Below the pieces are notes generated by a model. That model made no database searches and had not been told where the DNA came from. It was given only the letters and a program-made list of their open reading frames with translations. DNA of 64,000 nucleotides from an uncultured Myxococcales bacterium. Its GTDB lineage: Bacteria; Myxococcota_A; Polyangia; Polyangiales; Polyangiaceae. The position numbers and the translations under genes were made by a program. Numbering within the stretch: the first letter of the stretch is position 1; each line of letters starts with the position of its first letter. The stretch spans positions 3,318 through 67,317 of the forward strand of contig CBFGRJ010000001.1 in the NCBI GenBank assembly GCA_965651135.1, written 5' to 3'. Shown piece after piece: positions 9,568 through 18,437 of the stretch.

Positions 9568-10536
9568 CTAGCGGTTTTTCCAGTTTCCATCGGGAAAAAC
9601 CTCCAGCACGCTGGCGGCAATGGCGGTGGCGTCGGTGGTGGCAGGCCAAACCCGGAGCACCTCGGTCAGGGCTTGGAGCATTTGCCGAGCGGACGCGAAG
9701 CGACGGGCAGGGTTGCGCTCGAGAGCCCTGTGCACTGCCGTGGTCAAGCCCATCGGCAGTTCGCTGCGCAGCATGCTGAGCAGCGGCACACGTGGATTCT
9801 TGAGCATGCGATACACTTCTACGTCCGTGTCCGCATGGAACAGGCGTTTGCCGGTCAAGGCTTCCCACAGCACCACCCCGAGCCCGAACAGATCGCTTTG
9901 CGGGCTCGGTGCCTCGCCAAGCACCAGCTCCGGTGCCAAGTACGAAAGCTTGCCCTTCACGACATTGGGTCTCGTGATCTGCTGTCGGTCCATGGCGCGC
10001 GCCAGGCCGAAGTCTGCCAGCTTGATGAATCCGGTCCGGTCGATCAGGATGTTTCCTGGACTGACGTCGCGGTGCAGCACGGGGCTCAGCCGCCCCTGTT
10101 CGTCGACTCGCAGGTGCGCTGCTTCCAATGCGCGCAACACCTCGATGGCGATCGCCGTCACGATGGGCCACGGAGTAGGCTGCCCCCTGTAGCCGTGGGC
10201 GAGCACCCATTGGCCGAGGTGAGGCCCATCGATGAACTCGGTGACCAAGTAGTGGTCGCCGCGGGCATCGACCCGAAAGTCCAGCGCTTGAACGATGTTG
10301 GGGTGTGATAGCGCGGCCCCTACGCGGGCTTCTTCGACGAACATCTGCACCACTTCGGGGTACCCGCGATGCTTCGGATCGATGCGTTTGACCGCGACCC
10401 AGCGGCGGAAGCCCGTCGCCCCATGCGCGAGCGCGCGCCACACCACCGCCATGCCGCCTTGCCCGAGCCTTTCGACCAGCTCGTAGCGTCCATCCAGGAG
10501 GGTGCCTGGTTTGTCAGGCGCTAGTTCCGGTTCCAC
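9568..10536 (-). CDS. Ser/Thr protein kinase (kinase domain only)
   Basis: All Hanks motifs are present: LGQGGMAVVWRA, VAVKRI, HRDVSPGNILI, DFGLA, SYLAPE. At 322 aa it has no extra sensor domain. Confidence 0.9.
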   Translation of the reverse strand: MEPELAPDKPGTLLDGRYELVERLGQGGMAVVWRALAHGATGFRRWVAVKRIDPKHRGYPEVVQMFVEEARVGAALSHPNIVQALDFRVDARGDHYLVTEFIDGPHLGQWVLAHGYRGQPTPWPIVTAIAIEVLRALEAAHLRVDEQGRLSPVLHRDVSPGNILIDRTGFIKLADFGLARAMDRQQITRPNVVKGKLSYLAPELVLGEAPSPQSDLFGLGVVLWEALTGKRLFHADTDVEVYRMLKNPRVPLLSMLRSELPMGLTTAVHRALERNPARRFASARQMLQALTEVLRVWPATTDATAIAASVLEVFPDGNWKNR

Positions 10537-10641
10537 GCCTGCTCACCCGACCTGAGCTAATTTTGCAGGATGATTGACTAACTTCACGCGAGGCGCAGCA
10601 TAGCCTGCCGGCACTCTGCTCGAAAGAGCGAATCTCGAGTG

Positions 10642-12195
10642 TCAGGCCAGTGCCTTGCTGACGAAGCTGCGTAGCGCACGCGGATGCAGCGGCTTTTCGA
10701 GGGCGCGGTTGGGCACCGAATTCAGGTAGTCCCGCGCGCTGCTGGTGAATGCTCCGCCCGTCAAGAACACCACTCTTTCGGCTAGCTTGGGGTCGGCCTT
10801 CTCGAGCAGCGCATGGAAGTCCATGCCCGTCATACCCGGCATCATCAGGTCGCAAAAGATCAGATCGAACTCTTGCCCTTGCTCGATCATGGTCAGCGCT
10901 TTTCGGGCGTCCGTTACGGTGAGAATGTTGTGATGCGCTGCCAGGGTCCGACGAAAAGCGCGTAGCACCAGCGGTTCATCATCGATGATCAAGAGCTCGC
11001 CTCGCGCAGCCGTGGGTCGCTCACTCAGCGGCCGCTTGTTCAGTTCTTGGAGCTCTGCGGGAACCAGCTCGACTCGAACCGTGGTTCCACGTTTCTCCTC
11101 GCTGATGACCGAGATGGTGCCACCCAACCCGTGCACCAATCCATGACAGATCGACAGCCCGAGTCCCGTGCCCACGCCAATCGGCTTGGTAGTGAAAAAC
11201 GGGTCGAAAATTCGATCCAGCATATCGCGAGGGATACCGACCCCCGTATCCGAGACTTCGGCGACCACGGCATGATCGTTGACGTGCGTCGAGACCCGGA
11301 TTCGATGCGCATGCGGGTTTCCCTCGGGGATTGCCTGTGCCGCGTTGACCAACAAGTTGACGAACACCTGGACCAAGCGCGCCTCGTTACCGAACACAGG
11401 AGGCGTAGGAGCAAAGGCCCGTTCGAGTTGCGCTCGATAGCGGATCTCGTTTTCGGCCATGCTGATGGCGCTGTTCATCACCCTTTGCAGGTCGACCGGC
11501 CCCCGGCTTTCGCCCTCGCTGCGTGAAAAGCTCTTCAGGCCTTGGACGATCCGCGCCACGCGATCGGTGCCTTCACTGGCTTCCTCCAAGGCTTCGGAAA
11601 TGGGCGCCAGGGTCTGGTCCAGTCGTCGACGCAGCTGTTCCGGAAGATCGGCTTCGCCGAGCATCGAACGAATACGAACGATTTGTTCGATCGAGTATCC
11701 GAGGTTAGAGACCACGTAGGCCAACGGGTTGTTGATCTCGTGCGCGACGCCGGCCGCCAAAGTGCCCAGAGAAGCCAGGCGGTCGGCGTGCTCGAGCGCA
11801 GCTCGCACGCCATGCTGCGAAGGCACTTCTCTGAAGCTGAACAGCAACGAAACCGAGTGTCCGCTACGCAGGGTCGTGATGCAGAGCTCGAAAGCGCGGT
11901 CGTTGGATCTGCTGCAGGACAAATGCAGCTCGGTGGCGACGCCGTCGCCGTGTGCGCGCGCCGACTCGATGGCGCTGCTGACACGAGCAAGCTCCTCCAA
12001 ATCCAGGTGCTCCGACAACAGGTCGATCAGCGTGCGGCCCTCGCCTGCCGCGGGACTCTCGATCGCTAGTTGGTCAGCCAGACATGGGTTGACGTAGCTC
12101 AACACCCCATCGTCTTCGATCGCGATGCCGTCGCGCAGAGCGTCGAGATAAGGCTTGAATGACCTTCCATCGGGGCGAGCAAACACCGCGTGCAC
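10642..12195 (-). CDS. hybrid sensor histidine kinase / response regulator
   Basis: H-box [12 protein letters not shown]. ATPase G-boxes VSDTGVGIP and [10 protein letters not shown]-terminal receiver [11 protein letters not shown]...[11 protein letters not shown]. Short PAS-like N-terminus and no TM segment. GTG start at 12195. Confidence 0.9.
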   Translation of the reverse strand: MHAVFARPDGRSFKPYLDALRDGIAIEDDGVLSYVNPCLADQLAIESPAAGEGRTLIDLLSEHLDLEELARVSSAIESARAHGDGVATELHLSCSRSNDRAFELCITTLRSGHSVSLLFSFREVPSQHGVRAALEHADRLASLGTLAAGVAHEINNPLAYVVSNLGYSIEQIVRIRSMLGEADLPEQLRRRLDQTLAPISEALEEASEGTDRVARIVQGLKSFSRSEGESRGPVDLQRVMNSAISMAENEIRYRAQLERAFAPTPPVFGNEARLVQVFVNLLVNAAQAIPEGNPHAHRIRVSTHVNDHAVVAEVSDTGVGIPRDMLDRIFDPFFTTKPIGVGTGLGLSICHGLVHGLGGTISVISEEKRGTTVRVELVPAELQELNKRPLSERPTAARGELLIIDDEPLVLRAFRRTLAAHHNILTVTDARKALTMIEQGQEFDLIFCDLMMPGMTGMDFHALLEKADPKLAERVVFLTGGAFTSSARDYLNSVPNRALEKPLHPRALRSFVSKALA

Positions 12196-12295
12196 CGGTG
12201 GCTAAACGGTCGGGAAACGGCCGAAGTTCAGCCTTGCAAAGGGCTGACGCGCGTTTTTGCGGCCCCATTGGGGTCCGTGCCCCCCATTCGAGCGC

Positions 12296-13045
12296 CTAGC
12301 GCGACTCGTAGACGTTCAGCGCCGGCAGCTCTAGCGCGGTGAGAAACCCACCGTTGCCGCACCCCGTGTCAATGCCGACGACGTTTTCACCAGCCCACAG
12401 ATCCGTGGGATCTTCCGGCGTGTAGCCCGATAACTCCGGGGGCAGGTATTCGGTGCGAGTGTGGCCGAAGACGACCCGCTTGCCACGGTAGTTTCTGAAA
12501 AAATGTTCGTCCCGAAGCCAGAGCAAAGCCATCGGGTTCTCCACTTTGCTAGGATGCAAAAAGCCCGTTTCGGTGCTGGGCAGGCCCGCATGCACGTAGA
12601 TGGCGTAGTCGTCCTCGTACCAGTATGGCAATGATCTAAACCAATCGATCACATCGTCCGGGAAGAAGCTACCGCTCGCCATCAACTCGGCTTCACCCGC
12701 TTTGGGTAGCTCCTCGCCGTGCGGAACCGGTCCACCCGTGAACGAGCGCAGCGCCGCCAGGCAGCCATTGCCGGGTGGGGTCACGAACTGATCCCAACCT
12801 TGGTCGACGACGCGCAACCATGCGTCTTCGTGATTGCCGCGCAGCGCCACGACGCGGGCCTTCGTGTTTCTGGGCAGGTCGCGAATGAAGCCAACGACCT
12901 TGGCCGAGTCGGGACCGCGGTCGACATAATCGCCCAGAAAAATCAGAGTGTCGTGCTCATCTAGGCTGGGCAGGCACGAGAGAAGCTTGAATAGGTGCTC
13001 GGCATGGCCATGTACATCCCCAATGGCGAAGCTGCGGTGTGCCAT
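12296..13045 (-). CDS. PPP-family metallophosphoesterase (Ser/Thr phosphatase-like)
   Basis: GDVHGH, GDYVDRG and GNHE motifs are present in canonical order. Confidence 0.85.
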   Translation of the reverse strand: MAHRSFAIGDVHGHAEHLFKLLSCLPSLDEHDTLIFLGDYVDRGPDSAKVVGFIRDLPRNTKARVVALRGNHEDAWLRVVDQGWDQFVTPPGNGCLAALRSFTGGPVPHGEELPKAGEAELMASGSFFPDDVIDWFRSLPYWYEDDYAIYVHAGLPSTETGFLHPSKVENPMALLWLRDEHFFRNYRGKRVVFGHTRTEYLPPELSGYTPEDPTDLWAGENVVGIDTGCGNGGFLTALELPALNVYESR

Positions 13046-13078
13046 GCTGTGCAGGTTAACCCGCGGTTCGGTCGCGCT

Positions 13079-14539
13079 TCAAGTCAGCAACTGAACCGCG
13101 ACGACCACTAGCAATAGCAGCACCACGCTGCCTGCGAGAATCTGGCGCCGGACGCGATCGGGCATACGGAGCGACCCAACCGCCCGTTCGAGCTCGCGGG
13201 AGTCACTTTGGCCGCGTGTGCTACGAGAGCCCTGCTGCCGAGATGGCGGGCGAGAAGACCCCGGCGTTGGTCCTGTCATGACAATGTGAGTCGGATCATC
13301 CGCGCCGATCTCCCTGCCGGGAGGCCGGCTTTCACGAGGCTTCATGACCAAGGTCTTGTCTTCGGAGTCGTCCCGTTGTGCCAGAAGCCCGGAAGCGTGC
13401 TCCAAGAGCCCGTGCTTGAGCAGGAACGCGTACGCTGGATGCGAGGGGCCAATGCCGGCCTTGCCATGGCCTTCGTGTTTGTCTAGCTCATCGGTGGCAT
13501 CGTTCGTCTGCGGCTGGTGCCAGGGTGCTGGAGCGGGCTTCGAGCTCTGTCGTAGCGCGCTGGGACGCGGCGGTAGTGAGGCAAACTCCGTGGAATCGCG
13601 CAGCACGCAGGTGGCGTCGTCAGCGCCGCCGGCAGATGGGGTGGCGACGGACATCAACCGTCGCGGGTGACGCACGGCGATGACCGAGGCCATCAATTTG
13701 CGCACGGCGTCCCCGACGGCTCCCTCGCTTGCGATCATGTCAGGCGGGAGCGCCGACAACGCTGCCGCCATTTCTTCAGCGCTCTGAAAGCGGTTGGACG
13801 CCACGGGGTTGACGGCGCGAGCCACGATCGAGGCCAATTCGCCCGCGAGGGGCAAGGTCATTTCTGCCTCCTCGAGGGGTTGGTTGGTCAGCAGCTTGAG
13901 CAATTCGGTACCCGCTGCGGTGATGTCGTCATCGACGTCCTCGTCGTTAGCGCTCGGTTTGATGCCGAATTGCTGAGCGTGACCATCGTTGAGAGCCGGC
14001 GCGACGCCCACCTCGGTCAGCATCGTCTCGCCGAACTCTGCAATCCATACGGTGTCAGGGTAGATGCTGCGGCGCAGATTGGAGCCGGTATTGTCTTTTA
14101 GCAGCGCTTTGGCCTGCGCAGCCGCGCGCAGCGCGTCGCGCACGATGCGAACCGCCACCGCGGTTTCTATGCGTTTCTCGCGTGCGATGGCATGATTCAC
14201 GAGCTCCATCAACGACACGCCGGTCAGGTATTCGCTGGCGACGTACGTGCACTCGGGAGTTTCTACCCGGCCGACCACCTTCAACAGGCTCGGGTGCGCA
14301 ACACAGCGCGCCGTATCTATGGTGGACTTGATTTCCGAAAGGCTGGATTCCGGGACGCTCCTCAAGAACACCAAGCGACCCGTATCGGTGCCGCGCAACA
14401 TACGACCGACGTTGGCCACACCGGTTGGGCCTTTGAACAGCTCACCGAGGACCTCGCACTGACGTTGCTTGTGTCGTGAACCAGCGGGGACGCTCAACGG
14501 GTTTGCCCTGCTCACCTGGGGAGTATGCCACACGCTCAC
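13079..14539 (-). CDS. tail-anchored protein with degenerate protein-kinase fold (pseudokinase)
   Basis: Kinase-like layout with catalytic positions replaced in my by-eye alignment. VAIK becomes LVFLRS (Lys to Arg). HRDLKPxN becomes RRSIYPDT (Asp to Ser, Asn to Thr). DFG becomes EFG. A long Pro/Ser/Arg-rich linker follows, then a single C-terminal TM helix (ILAGSVVLLLLVVVAVQLLT). GTG start at 14539. Confidence 0.65.
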   Translation of the reverse strand: MSVWHTPQVSRANPLSVPAGSRHKQRQCEVLGELFKGPTGVANVGRMLRGTDTGRLVFLRSVPESSLSEIKSTIDTARCVAHPSLLKVVGRVETPECTYVASEYLTGVSLMELVNHAIAREKRIETAVAVRIVRDALRAAAQAKALLKDNTGSNLRRSIYPDTVWIAEFGETMLTEVGVAPALNDGHAQQFGIKPSANDEDVDDDITAAGTELLKLLTNQPLEEAEMTLPLAGELASIVARAVNPVASNRFQSAEEMAAALSALPPDMIASEGAVGDAVRKLMASVIAVRHPRRLMSVATPSAGGADDATCVLRDSTEFASLPPRPSALRQSSKPAPAPWHQPQTNDATDELDKHEGHGKAGIGPSHPAYAFLLKHGLLEHASGLLAQRDDSEDKTLVMKPRESRPPGREIGADDPTHIVMTGPTPGSSRPPSRQQGSRSTRGQSDSRELERAVGSLRMPDRVRRQILAGSVVLLLLVVVAVQLLT

Positions 14540-14629
14540 CCGCGCAAACGAAGAATAAACCTTGCCGCTATCACAGCGGTCCTACTTCGCCTGCGTCGCG
14601 CGCCGAATGTGGGTAAGCCCCGGCTGGGG

Positions 14630-14712
14630 TAGCCCCTCCCGGACTCGAACCGGGATGTCCTTACGGACGAGGGATTTTAAATCCCCTGCGTCTGCCATTC
14701 CGCCAAGGGGCC
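14630..14712 (-). tRNA. tRNA-Leu (anticodon UAA)
   Basis: The minus strand reads GGCCCCTTGGCGGAATGGCAGACGCAGGGGATTTAAAATCCCTCGTCCGTAAGGACATCCCGGTTCGAGTCCGGGAGGGGCTA. It folds as a cloverleaf with a 7-bp acceptor (closing G1-U72 wobble as I fold it), U8 and a GCG/CGC D-stem. The anticodon loop is TT-TAA-AA. A long variable arm (GTCC-GTAA-GGAC) is typical of class II Leu tRNAs. The T-arm is CCCGG-TTCGAGT-CCGGG and the discriminator is A. CCA is not encoded. Confidence 0.9.
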
Positions 14713-14906
14713 ATCTAGGGCGCCCGACTGGCGTACCACATTTCAGCCAACGCTCGAAAGCCTTGCGCGGACGAGCTCATGGGTGCGGCTCGACGTCGCG
14801 GCGAGCGCGGTACCGTGCTTGCATTCGGGTCTAGCAGATGCCTTTGCTCGTCGGTTTGGCTCCATTTTCGAGAACCTTGGTTCACGGGGATCGCGGGCGG
14901 TGTGGT

Positions 14907-15554
14907 GTGCGTGGCACAGGCTTGGCCGCTGCGCTGGGCGTGGTTTTGGGGCTTTTGCTGGTTTCCGGTATGGCTCTGGCCGAGCCGGAAGCACCCCCTG
15001 GACCACCTCCGACATTGCTGCCCGCCGATCCCCATTGGAACGAAAGCCCCGCTGAGGGCGAGGCTCATCCAGAACCTACGGAACCGCCGGCTCGTTCCAA
15101 TGTCGACGCCGGCCTCGGGCTGCAGCTCTTCGGGGCTCAGGGGAAAGTGATGCCGGGCCTGAGTTTTCGTTTCGGTAAGGGGCTTTATTGGGGACAGTTC
15201 GAGTTCACTCCCATCTGGCTCACCGAAGCATCGGACGAGTTCGGCGATCACTTCCTCGGCAATCAATGGGGAGCGTATTTCTCGCTGGCGCCGGTGAGGG
15301 TGTCGCGAGTCGAGCTGCATGCGGGAGTGGGGTTGGACGCCTATCACTTGTGGGGCGTTCACGGCGACATTGGGCTATTTGCCCTCGCCCTCAGGTTTGC
15401 CTCACACGTCAGAGTGAGCGAACGTGTCGGGGCTTTCGCGACACTTCGGGGGTACCCGCTGAGCAGCAAGGGGCTCGAATTGGGCACGAATCGCCGTGGT
15501 GAGCGGCTGCTGCCGGTGATCGGGTCGCTGGGCGTGGAGTGGAGGTTTCAGTGA
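14907..15554 (+). CDS. secreted beta-rich protein, possible small outer-membrane barrel
   Basis: Track ORF is 14838..15554. GTG 14907 gives a clean signal peptide (M)RGTGLAAALGVVLGLLLVSGMALA/EPE. The mature part has alternating aromatic/Gly beta-strand patterns and ends in ...GVEWRFQ. Function is unknown. Confidence 0.5.
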   Translation: MRGTGLAAALGVVLGLLLVSGMALAEPEAPPGPPPTLLPADPHWNESPAEGEAHPEPTEPPARSNVDAGLGLQLFGAQGKVMPGLSFRFGKGLYWGQFEFTPIWLTEASDEFGDHFLGNQWGAYFSLAPVRVSRVELHAGVGLDAYHLWGVHGDIGLFALALRFASHVRVSERVGAFATLRGYPLSSKGLELGTNRRGERLLPVIGSLGVEWRFQ

Positions 15555-16027
15555 GATTGCGGCGACGTTTGCTAGGGGCATTGGTCGTGGGTGCTGGGGC
15601 TTGGTCGCTGGGCTGTGTTCCTCTCACCTTTTCGAACGATGCCGCCATCGACTTCGCTGTCTACCGGCGTGTGGCCGTAGAGGTGTTCCCCAGCGACTTG
15701 GCCCTCTACTACGGAAGGCAGGCGGCCACGAGCTATTTGGCGGACGCCCTGCGTGACGGATCCGGATTCGAGCAGGTCACGACGGACACCAGCGAGGAGG
15801 TCGACCTATTCTTGACGGTCCGGGTGCGTGCCGTCGAGGTGATCACTTACGAGGACGACTTGCCACAGGTCGAATACCACGGACACGCCAGCTTCACCGC
15901 CGTCGACGCGGCCGGCGGTCGCGTCGATTCGGGCAGCGTCAGCGATGCGAGCCAGTTTCTCTCCGAGGTCGTCGAAGACGTGCTAGACGAAGTCGCCCTC
16001 CACTACCTGAAGCCCTACCGTTTGTAG
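15551..16027 (+). CDS. lipoprotein, function unknown
   Basis: Track ORF starts at 15539. GTG 15551 overlaps the upstream stop (GTGA) and gives (M)RLRRRLLGALVVGAGAWSLGC, which contains a lipobox (SLGC). Confidence 0.55.
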   Translation: MRLRRRLLGALVVGAGAWSLGCVPLTFSNDAAIDFAVYRRVAVEVFPSDLALYYGRQAATSYLADALRDGSGFEQVTTDTSEEVDLFLTVRVRAVEVITYEDDLPQVEYHGHASFTAVDAAGGRVDSGSVSDASQFLSEVVEDVLDEVALHYLKPYRL

Positions 16028-16060
16028 CGTGGGCTTGCAATTTGCGGTAACGGAGCGGCC

Positions 16061-16882
16061 ATGATTGGTCGCGTCTTGGTGATAGGTGGTTCGGATTCTG
16101 GGGGAGGTGCGGGCATTCAGGCGGATCTCAAGACGATTACCGCCCTCGGTGGCTACGCAGCCAGTGCCATTACCGCCCTCACCGCTCAGAACACGCTGGG
16201 AGTGAGCGATGTCATGGGTGTGCCGGCGGGCTTCGTCGCGGCTCAGATCGACGCCGTGCTCTCCGATATTGGCGCCGATTCGATCAAGACAGGCATGTTG
16301 TACAATGCCAGCATCACGGCCACCGTGGCGGAGCGCTGTGGTCGTGTCTCGCCGAGCACGCAAATCGTGGTGGATCCGGTCATGGTCTCGTCGACGGGGC
16401 ACGAGCTCTTGAATGCCGAGGGGCGCGAGGTGCTCGTCGAGCAGCTGTTGCCCAAGGCGGCGCTGGTGACCCCCAACATTCCCGAAGCCGCTTTGTTGAC
16501 CGGCGTCGTCATCGAGACGCCCAACGACTATCGCCGCGCCGCAGATTGGCTTCTGGCGCGCGGTGCTGGGGCTGTTCTCATCAAAGGGGGGCATGCTGCG
16601 GGTGATATAATCGTAGATATGCTGCGCACGATGGACGGCGACGAGATCGTTTTCGAGAGCGCACGCGTAGAGACTCGCTCGACGCACGGAACCGGGTGCA
16701 CTTTGGCGTCCGCTGCGGCTTTGGGCATCGCCGAAGGCCTGACGCTGAAAGACGCGGTCCGGCGGGCGCGAGACTTCGTTGCTGGCGCCCTGGCCGCCGC
16801 GCCCGGCCTGGGGCGGGGGATTGGGCCGATGAACCACGCGTACGCGTTTGCCCCCAAGCCGGAGAACGAGTCCGGGGTATAA
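16061..16882 (+). CDS. thiD: hydroxymethylpyrimidine/phosphomethylpyrimidine kinase
   Basis: VLVIGGSDSGGGAGIQADLKT N-terminus and ribokinase-like fold. 273 aa. Confidence 0.9.
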   Translation: MIGRVLVIGGSDSGGGAGIQADLKTITALGGYAASAITALTAQNTLGVSDVMGVPAGFVAAQIDAVLSDIGADSIKTGMLYNASITATVAERCGRVSPSTQIVVDPVMVSSTGHELLNAEGREVLVEQLLPKAALVTPNIPEAALLTGVVIETPNDYRRAADWLLARGAGAVLIKGGHAAGDIIVDMLRTMDGDEIVFESARVETRSTHGTGCTLASAAALGIAEGLTLKDAVRRARDFVAGALAAAPGLGRGIGPMNHAYAFAPKPENESGV

Positions 16883-16889
16883 GGTTGCG

Positions 16890-17246
16890 ATGCGCATTGG
16901 CGTCGCGAGTGCTTGCGCTTGGCTGCTGCTGATCTTCGCCTGCGCGGGTAAGCCGGCCGAACCCGCGAGCCGTTCCGGACCGCTGTACTACAGGGCTCCG
17001 CCCAAGCCAGGCTCCAGCATTACGGCATCGCAGCAATGCGAGTGCTATGCTTGCGACCCTGCCCGCTGCTGTGGCGGAGGTGACGAATCCACGGGTGATT
17101 CCGGATGCTCCGAAGGTTACGATTTCACTCGCTGCAACATGGCGGTAGAGAGTTGCACCACCCGATGCTTCCAGAAGGTCTGGCGTGTGCCCAAGGATCA
17201 GTCGTGTGACTCGCGCCGGCCGGAGGAGTGCTGCGAGGGGGGCTGA
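16890..17246 (+). CDS. small Cys-rich lipoprotein
   Basis: ATG 16890 gives MRIGVASACAWLLLIFAC (lipobox IFAC). The roughly 100-aa mature part carries many Cys in pairs (CECYAC, CC, CSEGYDFTRC, CTTRC, CC). Track ORF is 16848..17246. Confidence 0.55.
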   Translation: MRIGVASACAWLLLIFACAGKPAEPASRSGPLYYRAPPKPGSSITASQQCECYACDPARCCGGGDESTGDSGCSEGYDFTRCNMAVESCTTRCFQKVWRVPKDQSCDSRRPEECCEGG

Positions 17247-18405
17247 GCGTTTCGTTGGGATCGGTCTGGCGTCGCTGCTGGCACTCTTGGACGGTGCGGC
17301 GTGTACCACCGACCACGACCAGTTGGCGAAGCAGCCCGGCAAAGCGACGAGCAGCTCCACGTCGAGCACGACGGGTTCCGGCACGGGTGGTGCGAGCTCG
17401 ACTGGCAGCGGCCACGCGGTGAGCACGACCGGGAGCACTGGTCCAAACCAGTACCCCGCCGATGGCGACGACGTGTTGACGCTGGTGCACGGCCAGGTGG
17501 ATGCCGAGCGCATCGCGTTTTGCTTTGCGGAGTTGCGCGACGGCGTACTCCGGTTGATCTCGGAAGAACCGGTGCCGGAGCAGGGGCTCGCCTATGGGGC
17601 CCAGCTCACGTTGACAGCACCGGGCGGCCTCGATTTCGAAGACGATGGCCTCGTCCCCATCGTCCTCGCCGGGGACCTTGCCCGTGTCGCGGGCATGGAG
17701 TGCGAGGAGGCGCTGAGTTTAGCCTACAGGGTGGACCGTTCGGGGGAAGCTCAACAGGAGCCAATGGGTGCTGCCGGCGCAGCGGGCGCGGCAGGAGCGA
17801 CCGGCAGCGCTGCCCGCCCAGCGCTCCGGGCCATGGAGCTACCCGCGCTACCCGCGGGGACGCTCGTGCTCGGTAAGCACTACGTCATGGTCGTCCACGG
17901 CTGCATGGGCGGGCCCGGCGTGGAGGACGAAAGCGGCGTTCATTGCGGCGACGCCTTTACGCCTTCGCGTCCCACGTTGCGTCCTCTTCTGGTTCCGGTG
18001 TCGCGCCAAACGACTATAGGGAAGCTGGCGCTCCAGTTCATGCATGCCTCGCTAGCGAGTCCCCGAGTCGATGTTCGCTCGCGTCCTGCCAATCGTTTGG
18101 AGCAAGCAACGCTGCTTGTGTCCGGCTTGGCTTATGGATTCGTGCCGTCCAACCCCAAGAAAGATCTATCGGCAGAAGATCTGGGCATCGACGAAGGGGC
18201 CAGCCTCGAGGTGTTGCTCCTGGGGCAACGGAAGTTCGAGAGCACCTGGCACGAAGCAGCGGAGCTCACCGGAACCGAGAGCATAGAAGATGGCGAATCG
18301 TACCTGATCGTGCTGCTCGGTCCTTCGCTCGGCACGCAAAGCGACGCAGGCTTCAACCCCACCCGCCTGAGCGTGATCGCCACCGGCATCGGGCGCGACG
18401 ACTGA
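17185..18405 (+). CDS. lipoprotein with Ser/Thr/Gly-rich linker, function unknown
   Basis: GIGLASLLALLDGAAC lipobox followed by SSSTSSTTGSGTGGASSTGSG linker. The start is GTG 17185 or GTG 17206, overlapping the end of the previous gene. Confidence 0.6.
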   Translation: MCPRISRVTRAGRRSAARGAERFVGIGLASLLALLDGAACTTDHDQLAKQPGKATSSSTSSTTGSGTGGASSTGSGHAVSTTGSTGPNQYPADGDDVLTLVHGQVDAERIAFCFAELRDGVLRLISEEPVPEQGLAYGAQLTLTAPGGLDFEDDGLVPIVLAGDLARVAGMECEEALSLAYRVDRSGEAQQEPMGAAGAAGAAGATGSAARPALRAMELPALPAGTLVLGKHYVMVVHGCMGGPGVEDESGVHCGDAFTPSRPTLRPLLVPVSRQTTIGKLALQFMHASLASPRVDVRSRPANRLEQATLLVSGLAYGFVPSNPKKDLSAEDLGIDEGASLEVLLLGQRKFESTWHEAAELTGTESIEDGESYLIVLLGPSLGTQSDAGFNPTRLSVIATGIGRDD

Positions 18406-18437
18406 CTCGCCCCAACGGTGCCAGAAGCGGATTCGGG

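Noticed and set aside
8479-10308. 609-aa plus-strand ORF spanning feoB, feoA and the Ser/Thr kinase on the opposite strand
   Set aside because: It lies antisense to three genes with strong motif support. The translation is Arg/Gly/Pro-rich and low-complexity with no motifs. This is the typical long shadow ORF of high-GC DNA.
14540-14838. tRNA-Leu as a possible integration hotspot or genomic-island border
   Set aside because: There is no integrase, no phage or transposon genes, and no obvious direct repeat of the tRNA 3-prime end nearby. Flanking genes have the same composition as the rest of the window.
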